Shown: in pieces, positions 19,044 through 29,165 of the stretch
Layout: each line of letters starts with the position of its first letter
How positions within the stretch are numbered: the first letter of the stretch is position 1
Assembly (NCBI GenBank): GCA_965217585.1
Contig: OZ244561.1
Location: 1,888,001-1,952,000 of the forward strand
Length of the DNA stretch: 64,000 nt
DNA from: Candidatus Latescibacterota bacterium
GTDB lineage: Bacteria > Latescibacterota > UBA2968 > UBA8231
Reading direction: 5' to 3'
Made by a program: the position numbers and the translations under genes
Notes under the pieces: model-generated
Databases searched by the model: none
What the model was told of the DNA's origin: nothing
What the model saw: only the letters and a program-made list of their open reading frames with translations

Positions 19044-19979
19044 ATGAAACGATTAGCAATGCCTTTCATGGCGCTAGCTCTGGTAGCCATGCTGTCGAGC
19101 AGTTCCTGGGGCCATAAGCCCGATGGCGTAGAGTTCTTCGCGCCCCATATTCCGGATGAATTGATCCCGGATATAGATGGAAATTCCGCTGACTGGATGA
19201 ACTGGTTCCCGTCGGACCTGGTCATTACCCACGATATGCTGCTCTCGCGTGCCGGCAATGACCCGAGGGACATTTCGGACATCGACGTGAGTATGATGGT
19301 CGCTTGGAACGAGACCACCCAGAAACTCTACCTCGGTCTCGAAGCCTTCGACAATTTTATCCACCGCGATTCAGAGAACCGGGTGGATATATACACAGAG
19401 GATGGCTGGACCATCAGCACCGATCCCGATCACAGCGGTGGTTTCTTCCACGGCGGAGATCTGGAGCAGAACGAGATGGGTACCCAAGGGCAACAGTGGG
19501 TAGTCCATCCTCCCGCCCAAGGACCGGCGACTATGTGGATTTTCAGTTTCGGTGAGAACTTCTTTGAGAAGATTGAGACCCGCGAGTGGGACGCGATGTG
19601 GTTCGGCCATCCGCCGTGGGGCCATCTCGGCGTAGGTCCCCCAGAGGCCGTGCCGGTCAATGAAGGGGATACCAACGTCACCTTGTTCTATGAAATAGCT
19701 TGGTCCCTGTTCGATCATCTGGATTACGACGGCCCCGACTCCAGTGTGCCCCATGTATTCGAAGAAGAGCAAATCATCCACCTGAACATCCACTACCAGG
19801 ACCACGACGAAAACGGCGATGATTGGGATTCGCAGTGGGGCCTGAACGACGAAACCCACGCCACCCGGGACGGGTCCGCTGCACCTGACTGGGTTATGGT
19901 GAAGGTTCCCATCGAAGCCACCGAAGCCACGAGCGTAGAAGGAGAAACCTGGGGGAGGATCAAAGCCTCTTTCCGCTAA
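19044..19979 (+). CDS. Exported CBM9/DOMON-like protein with C-terminal WGxIK motif (module A)
   Basis: GAGGAG RBS and signal peptide; IDGNSADW, 'AWN....LY...D', YEIA, 'IHLNIHYQDHD'. Very acidic. Ends SVEGETWGRIKASFR. Confidence 0.75.
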   Translation: MKRLAMPFMALALVAMLSSSSWGHKPDGVEFFAPHIPDELIPDIDGNSADWMNWFPSDLVITHDMLLSRAGNDPRDISDIDVSMMVAWNETTQKLYLGLEAFDNFIHRDSENRVDIYTEDGWTISTDPDHSGGFFHGGDLEQNEMGTQGQQWVVHPPAQGPATMWIFSFGENFFEKIETREWDAMWFGHPPWGHLGVGPPEAVPVNEGDTNVTLFYEIAWSLFDHLDYDGPDSSVPHVFEEEQIIHLNIHYQDHDENGDDWDSQWGLNDETHATRDGSAAPDWVMVKVPIEATEATSVEGETWGRIKASFR

Positions 19980-20010
19980 AGACCTGGAGCTTTTTAGACT
20001 AGTCTTCAGA

Positions 20011-20050
20011 TAGATTGAAGGGATGGGATTTTTCTCATCCCTTCAATCTA
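20011..20050. terminator. Strong stem-loop after the WGxIK gene (terminator or mRNA stabiliser)
   Basis: TAGATTGAAGGGATG-gga-tttt-tct-CATCCCTTCAATCTA: 15 perfect bp plus 3 further pairs; no downstream U-tract. Confidence 0.7.
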
Positions 20051-20068
20051 GCCAATGGGAGAACAACA

Positions 20069-20440
20069 GTGAAGATCTACGCACTTGCAATTGCGGCGTT
20101 GACAAGCATCTGTGCTTTGGTCGCCTGTGAGGAGGTTGATCTTTCTACCGGACCTTCGGGGTCCACCGGCAGGACTGAACTAGTCAGATTCGATAACAAG
20201 TCGAATTTTGATCTCCAGATTACCATTGGCGCGTGCTTTCAGGATTTCGTCTTGGACGCTGGGCGCGAGCGGACCATTGAATGCAATCCGGCAGATGGCG
20301 CAGCAAGCTTTGACGTCGGCATCGTTCGAACAGATAAAGAAGACGCCAACTGGGCCGGCTCCGCTTCAAAGGGGCAGTCCCTCCTCATCCTCACCAATCC
20401 CTGGCACGGCGGATTCTTCACCGTAGAGGTTGAAGAATAA
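20069..20440 (+). CDS. Small lipoprotein of unknown function
   Basis: GGGAG RBS and GTG start; MKIYALAIAALTSICALVAC lipobox; beta-rich body. Confidence 0.7.
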   Translation: MKIYALAIAALTSICALVACEEVDLSTGPSGSTGRTELVRFDNKSNFDLQITIGACFQDFVLDAGRERTIECNPADGAASFDVGIVRTDKEDANWAGSASKGQSLLILTNPWHGGFFTVEVEE

Positions 20441-20471
20441 GCTAAGCGGGCGGATTCTCCGCACCGCGGGA

Positions 20472-22277
20472 ATGCAAAGCATGGAGCCGATTGGGCGAAA
20501 AGTTCTGCTGGTATCCACTTGGGTTTTGCTGGCACTGATCTCTGCCAAAAGCACCTGGGGCGTGGAAGTCTTGGGCATCGGCAACGAGCAGAACCCTTGG
20601 GAAGCTATGGGTACCATGGAGAACATTGATACCACCACGGATCCAGGGTGGATTCAGCCCCGACGCACCGAAGCCACGGAAAATTTGAGCCTCGGTGCCC
20701 AAGGAAGAGGGGGAGGTATGTCCACGCCCCAGCCATCTGTGCGCCAGGCCGGCAACCTGAACAATATGATAGATGGGGATGTAAACACGGTTTTCGACGG
20801 GAGCAGGGCCCGGCAAGTGGGGGGCAGAATGGATCTGGACCTGGGCTCGATTTTCGGTGGGGTCGAGAGAATTCGCTTCTACCCCAGCCCGACCTTCAGC
20901 GACAAGTTTCTGAAGGGGTACGAAGTGTACATCAACGACGGTAGCGCGGAAATGCAGGTTGGCGGGGTGCTGCAGTGGACGCTGGTGGAAAAGGCCGAGA
21001 AAAACACCGACAGTACCGTACAGATGCGAATTCCGTCCCAGTACGTGCGCCATGTCAGGATTGTGTTCACCACGCCGCTGCCTTGGGAAATTGCCGAGTT
21101 GGAGGTGTACAGCCGCGGCTTTGTACCCCGAGCAAACTATACTTCAGAGGTGATAGACCTAGGTGGGCTGGCTAATTTTGGCCAGTTGAAGTGGGCTGCA
21201 GAAGAGCAACCTCGAGCCTCGGTGCATATCTTTACCCGAACCGGAGCCACGCCCGATCCCCTTAAATATTACCAACTAAAAGAAAAAGGACTCAAGACCG
21301 AACAGACCGAGGTGTCCGCAGATGATTACAACAGCCTGAAAGAGGCCGAGCGGGAAAAGGGTTTGGATGCGGAGAACTGGAGTCCTTGGTCTCCGGTGTA
21401 TACCCGTGCATCTGGAGAACAGGTGGCCTTCGTCGAACCTCGGCGCTACTTCCAGTTCAAGTGTGAGTTTGCCAGTGATTTTTTTACCCAGGGAGCGCGG
21501 CTCGACTCGCTGGCGTTCGAATTTTCCACCCCTCCGGTAGCGCGTTTTGTCTGGGGTGAGGTCGGGCCGCTGGAGGTCAACGCCGGAGAACCCACTCTGT
21601 TTACCTATGTGGTGCGAGCCAAAATCGAGGAAAGCGATACGGGATTCGATGCCTTGGAGATCGCTACTCCTTCTCGGGCCACAATTGAGGAACTGAAAAT
21701 CGGTGGCACAGCGGTGGCGGATTTCGTCCAGGAAATCGAAGACGACCGCATGGTAATCCGCTTCCCCAATCATAGGGTCGTGGATACCACTCCGGTGGAG
21801 TTGAGTTTTGAGGGGGCGGTTCTGGTGTACGGGACGCGTTTTACCGGCAAAGTCTTCGATACCCAGACCGCGGAGTTACCGCAGCCCATTACCGCAGGGG
21901 ATACATCCCCGGATTTGCCCAACGACGACCTGGCGGTGGCCGTGTCGCTCGGAGAGACCATTGTCGCAGGTGGTCGCATGGTCCCCAATCCTTTCACCCC
22001 CAACGGCGACGGCGTGAACGATCTGGCCTCCATACACTACCAGATTCTCAAGTTGACCAAGGAGGTTCCGATCACCGTGGCGATCTACGACCTTTCGGGC
22101 AGACTGGTCCGCGATTTGTACTCGGGCACGGACGTGAGCGGGATTTATGCCTTGGATTGGGATGGTCTGGATAACAGTGGGCGTTTGGTAGTTCCGGGAC
22201 TCTACCTCAGTCGTATATCAGTTGACGCCGATAGGGGCGCAGGGGACAAGGTTGCACTCATAGCGGTGGTCTACTGA
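20472..22277 (+). CDS. Exported protein: discoidin-like domain plus C-terminal TPNGDGxND/FlgD-Ig tail (module A, short type 1)
   Basis: Signal peptide; MIDGD..T, LDLG..F...IRFYP, WEIAELEVY, RTG.TPDP..Y, NWSPWS, PNPFTPNGDGVND, IYDLSGRLVR, WDG.DNSG.LV.PGLY. Confidence 0.82.
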   Translation: MQSMEPIGRKVLLVSTWVLLALISAKSTWGVEVLGIGNEQNPWEAMGTMENIDTTTDPGWIQPRRTEATENLSLGAQGRGGGMSTPQPSVRQAGNLNNMIDGDVNTVFDGSRARQVGGRMDLDLGSIFGGVERIRFYPSPTFSDKFLKGYEVYINDGSAEMQVGGVLQWTLVEKAEKNTDSTVQMRIPSQYVRHVRIVFTTPLPWEIAELEVYSRGFVPRANYTSEVIDLGGLANFGQLKWAAEEQPRASVHIFTRTGATPDPLKYYQLKEKGLKTEQTEVSADDYNSLKEAEREKGLDAENWSPWSPVYTRASGEQVAFVEPRRYFQFKCEFASDFFTQGARLDSLAFEFSTPPVARFVWGEVGPLEVNAGEPTLFTYVVRAKIEESDTGFDALEIATPSRATIEELKIGGTAVADFVQEIEDDRMVIRFPNHRVVDTTPVELSFEGAVLVYGTRFTGKVFDTQTAELPQPITAGDTSPDLPNDDLAVAVSLGETIVAGGRMVPNPFTPNGDGVNDLASIHYQILKLTKEVPITVAIYDLSGRLVRDLYSGTDVSGIYALDWDGLDNSGRLVVPGLYLSRISVDADRGAGDKVALIAVVY

Positions 22278-22305
22278 TCGCCTAGTACAGATAGAGGTGA
22301 GCGAG

Positions 22306-24648
22306 ATGACACAATCGCATGTATGGGCGAGTCTCGTAGCAATGGTCGGCCTTTTGATCGGCGTAGCCCGCGCCGACACTATAGCATTCGGGTCCAAAGC
22401 CGACTGGGAGAAGTGGGTCTTTCCCGTGGGGACGCTGGAAGTCTCGGAGGATGGCCTCGTGAGGCCCAAGTTCGTCAAAAAGAATATCAATGCGAGTCTC
22501 AATGCCGGTGAGTTTGTCGTCGAGCGCGAGGGAAATAAACCTACCAAATGGGGAGGGATATCCGGTGTGGGATCCAATTCCGCCCGAGCGGCCAATATAT
22601 TTGACGGCGAGGTGGACACTTGGTGGGCACCCGACCCGGACGACGATATGGATACCTGGTGGATTGAGCTCGACTTGGGCCGATTGGTTTCTGCTACCAA
22701 GATCGCGTTGAAATTTTCACCTCAGGGCGAGCCGTTCAGGATGTTCAAGGTCTATACCTCCACCGGTGAGGAAGCGCTCTACTCTGGGTCGGGCAAAAAG
22801 GAGTACCTAGTGGTTGGACAGACCACCCAGCCGAACTTTGCCTACGAGCTGGAATATCCCTTAGGCCAGTTTGGCACGGCTCTCAGCACGGCAGAAGAAC
22901 CTAGGCAACTAGTCGGCTTTGTGCTAATCCAGGTCACTGCTCCGTTCGGCGATGCGCGTCTGGGCGAAGTTGAAGTCCACACTCTGGGCGACAACGTGGT
23001 GCTGGGAACGGTGGAGCGAGGCGGTCTGGCCATTCAGGCGAGTCCCGGCGGAGATCGCCGCATATTGACTAACAACGAGGTTCTGGATGGACGCTTTGAT
23101 ACCTACTGGAACTCAAGTGCCGGGTTTCTCGACTGGACCGAGAAGGGCTGGGTCAACATGAATCTGGGAGCACTGTTCTGGGTGGATACCATCCGGATCG
23201 TATCGGCCAGGGTGCATCAAGGTTCTAGGGTAGACCCGCTGTTTGGCTACAAGCTATTCGCCTCCGACGGCACCCTAGGACCAACGGCCCAACTCGGCAC
23301 GGAAAACGTCATGGGGAGTTTTGTGTGGGAAGAGGTGGGGGCTCTGGATGATAATTCCGTGGGATTTCTCACTTTTGAAGATACTTTTTCTCCCCGACCA
23401 GTACAACACATCTTCTTTTCCCACCGAAACGATGTCAGGGATACGGGCACTTATGGAAGCTTCAAAACCCTAGAGATTCAGGCTTATGGCGAGGGGTATA
23501 TTCCGGGCGTGTCCATGACTTCGGGCTTGCTCAACCTCGGTCGCTCCAAAAATATGTTGTCGATCGCGTGGGAAGCGGACATCCCGCCGGGAACCAAATT
23601 GGAGATCAGCACGCGAACGGGCGATCAGTTGGGCGAGAAATTGCACTACTTTGACAAAAAGGGCAATGAACTTACCAAAGAGAAGTGGGAGAGTCTGCCC
23701 AAATTCCGCAAAGAAGCCGATCCCGTAGTGGAGTTGGTTCCCGACCCCCAGACCTGGAGCCCGTGGAGCAAACCCTACCTCCATTCCGGTGCCCGCTTTG
23801 CCTCTCCTAGTCCGCGCCAGTACCTAGAGATACGGGCTATACTTTTGAGTACTATACCGGATCAGGCAGTTAGCCTGGACCGGATAGTGCTTTCTTTTGC
23901 CGATCCACTGGCCAGAACCCTGACTGCCGAGATCTGGCCGGATACAGCCCTAGCGGCAAAGCCCCAGGAGTTCAAATACTTCATCCGTCCTTCGTTCGCG
24001 GCCGGCGATCTCGGTTTTGATCAGGTACTCATCAAGACTCCTGCCCAAGCTGAATTGATAGGGGTAAAAGTCGCCTCTGACCCGCTGGCGCTGGAGGAGC
24101 TATCCGTATATTCGACCGCAGATTCTCTGCTAATTCAGCTTCCCTTGACAATCCAGTCTGCGGAGCTGGTAGAAGTCGAGTTCAAAAGCCAAGTCTTTTT
24201 GAACAACACAGTATTCGAGGGATTGGTCGGTAATTCTTCCAGAAAGTTGTGGCAGACCATAGACCCCGGGGACGCCGCCTCAGAGGCCATGAGCGATGTG
24301 CTAGTGGTGACCGTACCGATCCAGGACCGGCTAGTTGGCGATATGCAGATTGCTCCGGCGATTATTACTCCCAATGGGGATGGTCTAAACGATCAGATGA
24401 ACATTGACTTTTTGATATTCCAGATTGACCGGGCCCAGCCCATCACAGTAAAAGTGCACGATCTATCTGGCAGAATTGTCAGGGAAGTGATGGCCCAGCA
24501 CGGTATCAGCGGTGCACATCGGGCCGTCTGGGATGGCACGGATGGAGCCGGCGTCCTCGTTCCACCCGGCCTCTACATCTGCCGGGTCGAGATAGAAGCC
24601 AGCCAGGACGCCGCTGCCATTGTCCAGACCGTTGGGGTCGCCTTTTGA
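22306..24648 (+). CDS. Exported protein: two discoidin-like domains plus TPNGDGxND/FlgD-Ig tail (module A, long type)
   Basis: GAGGTG RBS and signal peptide; FDGEVDTWW, WIELDLGR, LDGRFDTYW, WSPWSK.Y, SPSPRQY, ITPNGDGLND. Homolog of 41009-43342. Confidence 0.82.
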   Translation: MTQSHVWASLVAMVGLLIGVARADTIAFGSKADWEKWVFPVGTLEVSEDGLVRPKFVKKNINASLNAGEFVVEREGNKPTKWGGISGVGSNSARAANIFDGEVDTWWAPDPDDDMDTWWIELDLGRLVSATKIALKFSPQGEPFRMFKVYTSTGEEALYSGSGKKEYLVVGQTTQPNFAYELEYPLGQFGTALSTAEEPRQLVGFVLIQVTAPFGDARLGEVEVHTLGDNVVLGTVERGGLAIQASPGGDRRILTNNEVLDGRFDTYWNSSAGFLDWTEKGWVNMNLGALFWVDTIRIVSARVHQGSRVDPLFGYKLFASDGTLGPTAQLGTENVMGSFVWEEVGALDDNSVGFLTFEDTFSPRPVQHIFFSHRNDVRDTGTYGSFKTLEIQAYGEGYIPGVSMTSGLLNLGRSKNMLSIAWEADIPPGTKLEISTRTGDQLGEKLHYFDKKGNELTKEKWESLPKFRKEADPVVELVPDPQTWSPWSKPYLHSGARFASPSPRQYLEIRAILLSTIPDQAVSLDRIVLSFADPLARTLTAEIWPDTALAAKPQEFKYFIRPSFAAGDLGFDQVLIKTPAQAELIGVKVASDPLALEELSVYSTADSLLIQLPLTIQSAELVEVEFKSQVFLNNTVFEGLVGNSSRKLWQTIDPGDAASEAMSDVLVVTVPIQDRLVGDMQIAPAIITPNGDGLNDQMNIDFLIFQIDRAQPITVKVHDLSGRIVREVMAQHGISGAHRAVWDGTDGAGVLVPPGLYICRVEIEASQDAAAIVQTVGVAF

Positions 24649-24686
24649 TATACATGCCCATCTGAAGTCCTGGGAGGGAGTTCACG

Positions 24687-27302
24687 ATGACTATTCGATG
24701 CAGAGATGTGTGGGGACTGGTACTCCTCTTCATTGGTCTGAGCGCATCCACGGGAGACGCTCAGCGGTCGGTCCCGTCTAGCCCGGAGCCGGTAGTCGAA
24801 GCCCTAGATCCGACCTTGATGAAATGGTACCAGCGTCAGGAACTTTACTATCAGTACAGATGGTCGTGGTGGAGGTACAGCAATTATGCAAGAGAGCCTT
24901 ACAAGCGTTACGTGGATGTGGGCTTAGAGGGCACTAGGTGGTACGACCTGTACGGGAAATACCTCACCAAGGGCTGGAAGATCTACGAATGGACCCAAGA
25001 AGTTCCCACTTCTTTCGGCAGCAATATTTTTAAGAGCAGCAGGTACTCCAATTGGTTCAACAATGTCGTGATTGGGCATACCTCCAGCGGACAGTACAAC
25101 TTGGCGATAACCCTAGGCGATGAAATCAGAACGACCCTGACGCCCATGACGTTCTCGAAACCAGCTTTCAATGGTATCCAGGCAGATTTTCGCTCCGACA
25201 AATACGCGCTCACCTTCCTGAGTTCCAGAGTCAATTTTCCGACGCGGGGACAAAATGTAGATGTTCCCGAGACCCGGATGACGGACTTTAACAACCTCTT
25301 CGGCTTCAGGGGCACAGTCCAAGTCGGCGACTTCGTAAACCTCGGGGCCACCTACGTCAACTCCCATCTCAGCCGCACCTCTACGGACTTACCTCTCAGT
25401 GGCTTTCAGGAAGGCCAGCTTACTTCGGTACAAAACCAAGATGTCATCCGCTGGATCGCCATCCGCATCACCGACGATTCGCCCGAGGATGGAGGAGGGG
25501 GAGGAGTACTGTTCTCCGAACAGATATTCATCAATAGAGGCAATGAAATGGAACCCGCGGCCATTGAACCCCGCATAGAGGGGGGATTGCCGGTGAGAGG
25601 AGCTTTGGCTGCAGATGGGATCGAAGCTATCACCCTGACCTATGTGATTCCCGATCCCGAGCTAAAAAGAAAAATAGGATTTGAACTGGTTCTGGCCAAC
25701 GATTACCGCGTTGAGACCACATCGAACCTGCAGACCAATGCCCTCGGCGAGCCGGTCTTTTTGCCGGTAGTGCGGGCGGACGGAAATGTTGACGACGGCT
25801 CAAACCAGAGGGTAGTCAAGTTCGATTACGGCCTGCCCACGGGAAACGAGATCATCGGATTTACCCTAGAAGTGCACGACCTGATGGGATTCACAGTGTG
25901 GGGCGAGGTGGATATCAACAACCGCTGGAGGCGATTCCCCAATATCAACTTTGAGCGTCACGCCCATGCTTCCACTCGTTCGGAGGCCTTTTTTCTGGCC
26001 GCACGCAAGGTCGCCTATCCCTGGTTCGGCTTTGGAGAAATATTCAGTATCGACGAGGGATATTCCACCTCTATGTTCATCTTGGACCGGACCGGCGAGA
26101 TCGACTATTCAAATGCGGAACGCAATCACTACGAGTTCGTCGATGACAACGATGACCAGGACCGATGGCCGGACTGGCAGCGAGCCAACCAGCCGCTCGA
26201 AGGGGAGGGATTGGCCCGGGGTGGTCCCCCTGCCGGGGGCATCTTTCCCGGACTGGACGAAAACAACGATTTCATCTCGGATTTCAACCAGAACAACAAT
26301 CTGCGGCCCGATTACGATGAACCCTTTTGGCGCTACGAGGTGGATCCCCCGGAGTTTCTATTTGGGATGGACCTAGATCACAACACCATTATTGATCGCT
26401 TTGAAGACGATGATGAGCCAGATTATCCCTACCAGCGGGACCACCGTGGGTACAATGGCTATGCGGGGCGGCGTCTCACCCCCGAATCAAAAGTCCTGAT
26501 CGGATATGCCAAGGAATGGTTGTGGTCCGATGAAAGGGAGAGCGAAGATTTTTATGGCTTGGTGACCTTTGACAAGGATTATGCCCAACTGGGCCGGTTA
26601 CAGATATTCGATAACCTGCGAATCGTCAAAGACAATCTCATCGACGACCAGCTTATCTGGACGCACCCGCCCGGTACATTCGGAGGCATACAAACCTTTC
26701 AGGATCGCCTAGTGGCTCAGGATGCGGTGATCAACACGGCCTTTCTGCGCTTCGATTACAAGGGGCTGCCCAATTTCAATGTGACCAATAAGGTCAAGTA
26801 CGAGATTTACAATCAGCAGAGCACGAATTTCGCTAGGCCGCTCCGAACCGGAGGCGTGCTCGAGGAGTTGAAGGATTCCTACTTCTTGGGGATTGTCAAT
26901 AAATGCGACTATGCCTTCTGGATCAGAGACTTCAAAATTCACCCCAAATTTAGAAGCTTGTACCGCCGCAGCACGGCCTTCATCAAAGGCGACGCGGATG
27001 TCCACAATCTAACTGAGATGGGTATCTTGACGGTCCGAACTCAGCCCATGCCAAAGCTCTGGCTCGAAGTGGGTACCGAGTTGGCCCAGTTCTACGACCT
27101 CGAGGAAGCACTGGGCAGCACAGGAGATTTTTTCGGCAGCGTCATCACGTCGCAGATTTCTATCAATAACAACTACCTAGGCTACGAGGTCATCATGAAC
27201 ATCGGGCACCAGTGGGAGAGAAGAAAATTTGAGAACAGAGATTCTCCAGAGACCATCACCAGTGCTTTCATCGTGGTGTTCGCCGGGCTCGGCTCCAGTT
27301 AG
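24687..27302 (+). CDS. Large exported, probable outer-membrane protein with Asp-rich Ca-binding-like repeats (module A)
   Basis: GGGAG RBS and signal peptide; aromatic-rich N-terminus; DDNDDQDRWPD, GLDENNDFISDFNQN, DLDHNTIIDRFEDD; alternating beta-strand pattern at the C-terminus. Homolog of 43348-46005. Confidence 0.75.
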   Translation: MTIRCRDVWGLVLLFIGLSASTGDAQRSVPSSPEPVVEALDPTLMKWYQRQELYYQYRWSWWRYSNYAREPYKRYVDVGLEGTRWYDLYGKYLTKGWKIYEWTQEVPTSFGSNIFKSSRYSNWFNNVVIGHTSSGQYNLAITLGDEIRTTLTPMTFSKPAFNGIQADFRSDKYALTFLSSRVNFPTRGQNVDVPETRMTDFNNLFGFRGTVQVGDFVNLGATYVNSHLSRTSTDLPLSGFQEGQLTSVQNQDVIRWIAIRITDDSPEDGGGGGVLFSEQIFINRGNEMEPAAIEPRIEGGLPVRGALAADGIEAITLTYVIPDPELKRKIGFELVLANDYRVETTSNLQTNALGEPVFLPVVRADGNVDDGSNQRVVKFDYGLPTGNEIIGFTLEVHDLMGFTVWGEVDINNRWRRFPNINFERHAHASTRSEAFFLAARKVAYPWFGFGEIFSIDEGYSTSMFILDRTGEIDYSNAERNHYEFVDDNDDQDRWPDWQRANQPLEGEGLARGGPPAGGIFPGLDENNDFISDFNQNNNLRPDYDEPFWRYEVDPPEFLFGMDLDHNTIIDRFEDDDEPDYPYQRDHRGYNGYAGRRLTPESKVLIGYAKEWLWSDERESEDFYGLVTFDKDYAQLGRLQIFDNLRIVKDNLIDDQLIWTHPPGTFGGIQTFQDRLVAQDAVINTAFLRFDYKGLPNFNVTNKVKYEIYNQQSTNFARPLRTGGVLEELKDSYFLGIVNKCDYAFWIRDFKIHPKFRSLYRRSTAFIKGDADVHNLTEMGILTVRTQPMPKLWLEVGTELAQFYDLEEALGSTGDFFGSVITSQISINNNYLGYEVIMNIGHQWERRKFENRDSPETITSAFIVVFAGLGSS

Positions 27303-27311
27303 GCGCAAGAG

Positions 27312-29162
27312 ATGAACGTGAGCAGGCGAAAATATAGCCTGTTGCTGCCGATGGGCTGTGCCTTATTGCTCTTTGCAGAATCAGCTCTCGGAGCGGCTAG
27401 ATGGACGGTTGGAACCGCGGACCGTCCATGGAGCGCTGCAGGTAGTTTTGCGGGGCTGGACGACACCGCGGAGGAGGGCTGGCTGCAACCCATCTTCGTG
27501 TCGAACCAGAATTTGTCCCTCAGTTCCATGGACAGAGGTGGGTGGGTAAATTCGGATTTCCGCATAGGGGTAGAACTGTTGCCCAAGATCATCAATGGAG
27601 ATCGCACTGCGGCTTTCCCGGACCTGTCCGACAGGAGCGTGGAACGCAGAGTAAACAAAGCAGATCTCCCCGTAACCCTGATCCTAGACTTGGGTGGGCC
27701 TTTCGGCGTGGACAGTCTTAGCTTCTATCCCCGGGAAGGGTTAGAACAAGCCTTTATGAGAGGATACCAAGTCTGGGTCCACGATGGGGTCGGGCTCGAT
27801 GAACTCAAACTCCCCCTCGGAGGACACTGGTTTAATGTCGTAAAAGACTGGAAGCTGGTAGCGGAAAAGGCCCAGACGGATAACCCTTTCGCCCATATAA
27901 AACTCCCCTTGCAGGTGGTGCGCTACGTGGCCATCTCAGACACCATCAGTTTGCCCGATCCCACCTTGTGGGAGATTGACGAACTCGAGGTCTGGGGCAA
28001 TGGATACGCCCTCGTGGGCCACTACGAGTCAGACGTGATCGATCTGGGCGACCGGGCCAGTCTCGGGAATCTGACGTGGTCGGCTCTGAGCGATTCGGGC
28101 AGTGCTCTGCTGATCCGCACGCGCACCGGGCAGACGGAAGACCCCTTTGTGTACCATCGTCTGACTGGTCTGGGGCTGGCAGGGGAAGAACGGGTAACGC
28201 GAGCTCAGTACAAAAAACTCAGACCGACAGAAAAAGGATCCATCCAGCCCGATACCGAGAATTGGAGCGGCTGGTCGGCTCCTTATCCTTCAACTGGGGA
28301 GGAACCCCTCATCGCTTTAGCTCCGGCACAATACGTTCAGTTCAGAATCGATTTTCAATCCTTCTCTCCGCTGTCCAGGAGCCGGATTGATTCTCTAGCA
28401 GTGGAATTTTCCACGCCTCTATTCGGCAGGGAATTCATAGCCGAGTTGACTCCCCAACAAGTCATTCCCGGCAAAAAGACGGCCTTCACCTATGCGGTGC
28501 GCGCTATCTTGGAGTCCGAGGACGGCGGCATTGACGGTCTGCAAGTAGCCACGCCTTTGCCGGCGGCAATCAAGGAAGTCAGGATCAATGGCAATCCGGT
28601 CGAATACTCCGAGGACGTGGGGGCAGACGGTTTCGCGGTCTCGTTTCCAGAGAACCGGATAACTGAACACGCAACCTTGCTCGAAGTGGACTTTGACGCC
28701 GAAGTACTGGTGTACGGCACGCGCTTCACCGGCCGGGTATTCGATACCAAGAGGGAGGGAGATATACCGCAGATCATCGTGCCGGGAGATGCCACGCCGG
28801 ACATTGATACGGATGACCTGCTGGTGAAATGGGACCTGGATAGATCTCTACTTGCATCCGTAGAGATTTCGCAGCGCCATCTGACACCCAATGGCGATGG
28901 GGTGAATGATGCAGTAGAAATATCTTACAGCCTGCTACAGGTCATCCAGTCCATTCAGGTATCTGTTGAGATCTTTGATCTTTCTGGCCAGCGGATTTGG
29001 CACCGCTCCGCAGAGCAGGCCAACGGGCAATACGCTATATCTTGGAGGGGCTTTGACGATGCCGGGCAGGTGGTGCCGCCGGGCCTGTACGTTTACCAAC
29101 TAGTTGCCGATGCCGACCAAGGAAACAATGTGTACATGGGAACCCTAGCGGTTGTGTATTAA
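27312..29162 (+). CDS. Exported protein: discoidin-like domain plus TPNGDGxND/FlgD-Ig tail (module A, short type 2)
   Basis: Signal peptide; LDLGGPF...FYP, WEIDELEVWG.G, RTGQTEDP..Y, NWSGWS, LTPNGDGVND, FDLSG, G.VVPPGLY. Confidence 0.82.
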   Translation: MNVSRRKYSLLLPMGCALLLFAESALGAARWTVGTADRPWSAAGSFAGLDDTAEEGWLQPIFVSNQNLSLSSMDRGGWVNSDFRIGVELLPKIINGDRTAAFPDLSDRSVERRVNKADLPVTLILDLGGPFGVDSLSFYPREGLEQAFMRGYQVWVHDGVGLDELKLPLGGHWFNVVKDWKLVAEKAQTDNPFAHIKLPLQVVRYVAISDTISLPDPTLWEIDELEVWGNGYALVGHYESDVIDLGDRASLGNLTWSALSDSGSALLIRTRTGQTEDPFVYHRLTGLGLAGEERVTRAQYKKLRPTEKGSIQPDTENWSGWSAPYPSTGEEPLIALAPAQYVQFRIDFQSFSPLSRSRIDSLAVEFSTPLFGREFIAELTPQQVIPGKKTAFTYAVRAILESEDGGIDGLQVATPLPAAIKEVRINGNPVEYSEDVGADGFAVSFPENRITEHATLLEVDFDAEVLVYGTRFTGRVFDTKREGDIPQIIVPGDATPDIDTDDLLVKWDLDRSLLASVEISQRHLTPNGDGVNDAVEISYSLLQVIQSIQVSVEIFDLSGQRIWHRSAEQANGQYAISWRGFDDAGQVVPPGLYVYQLVADADQGNNVYMGTLAVVY

Positions 29163-29165
29163 TTA

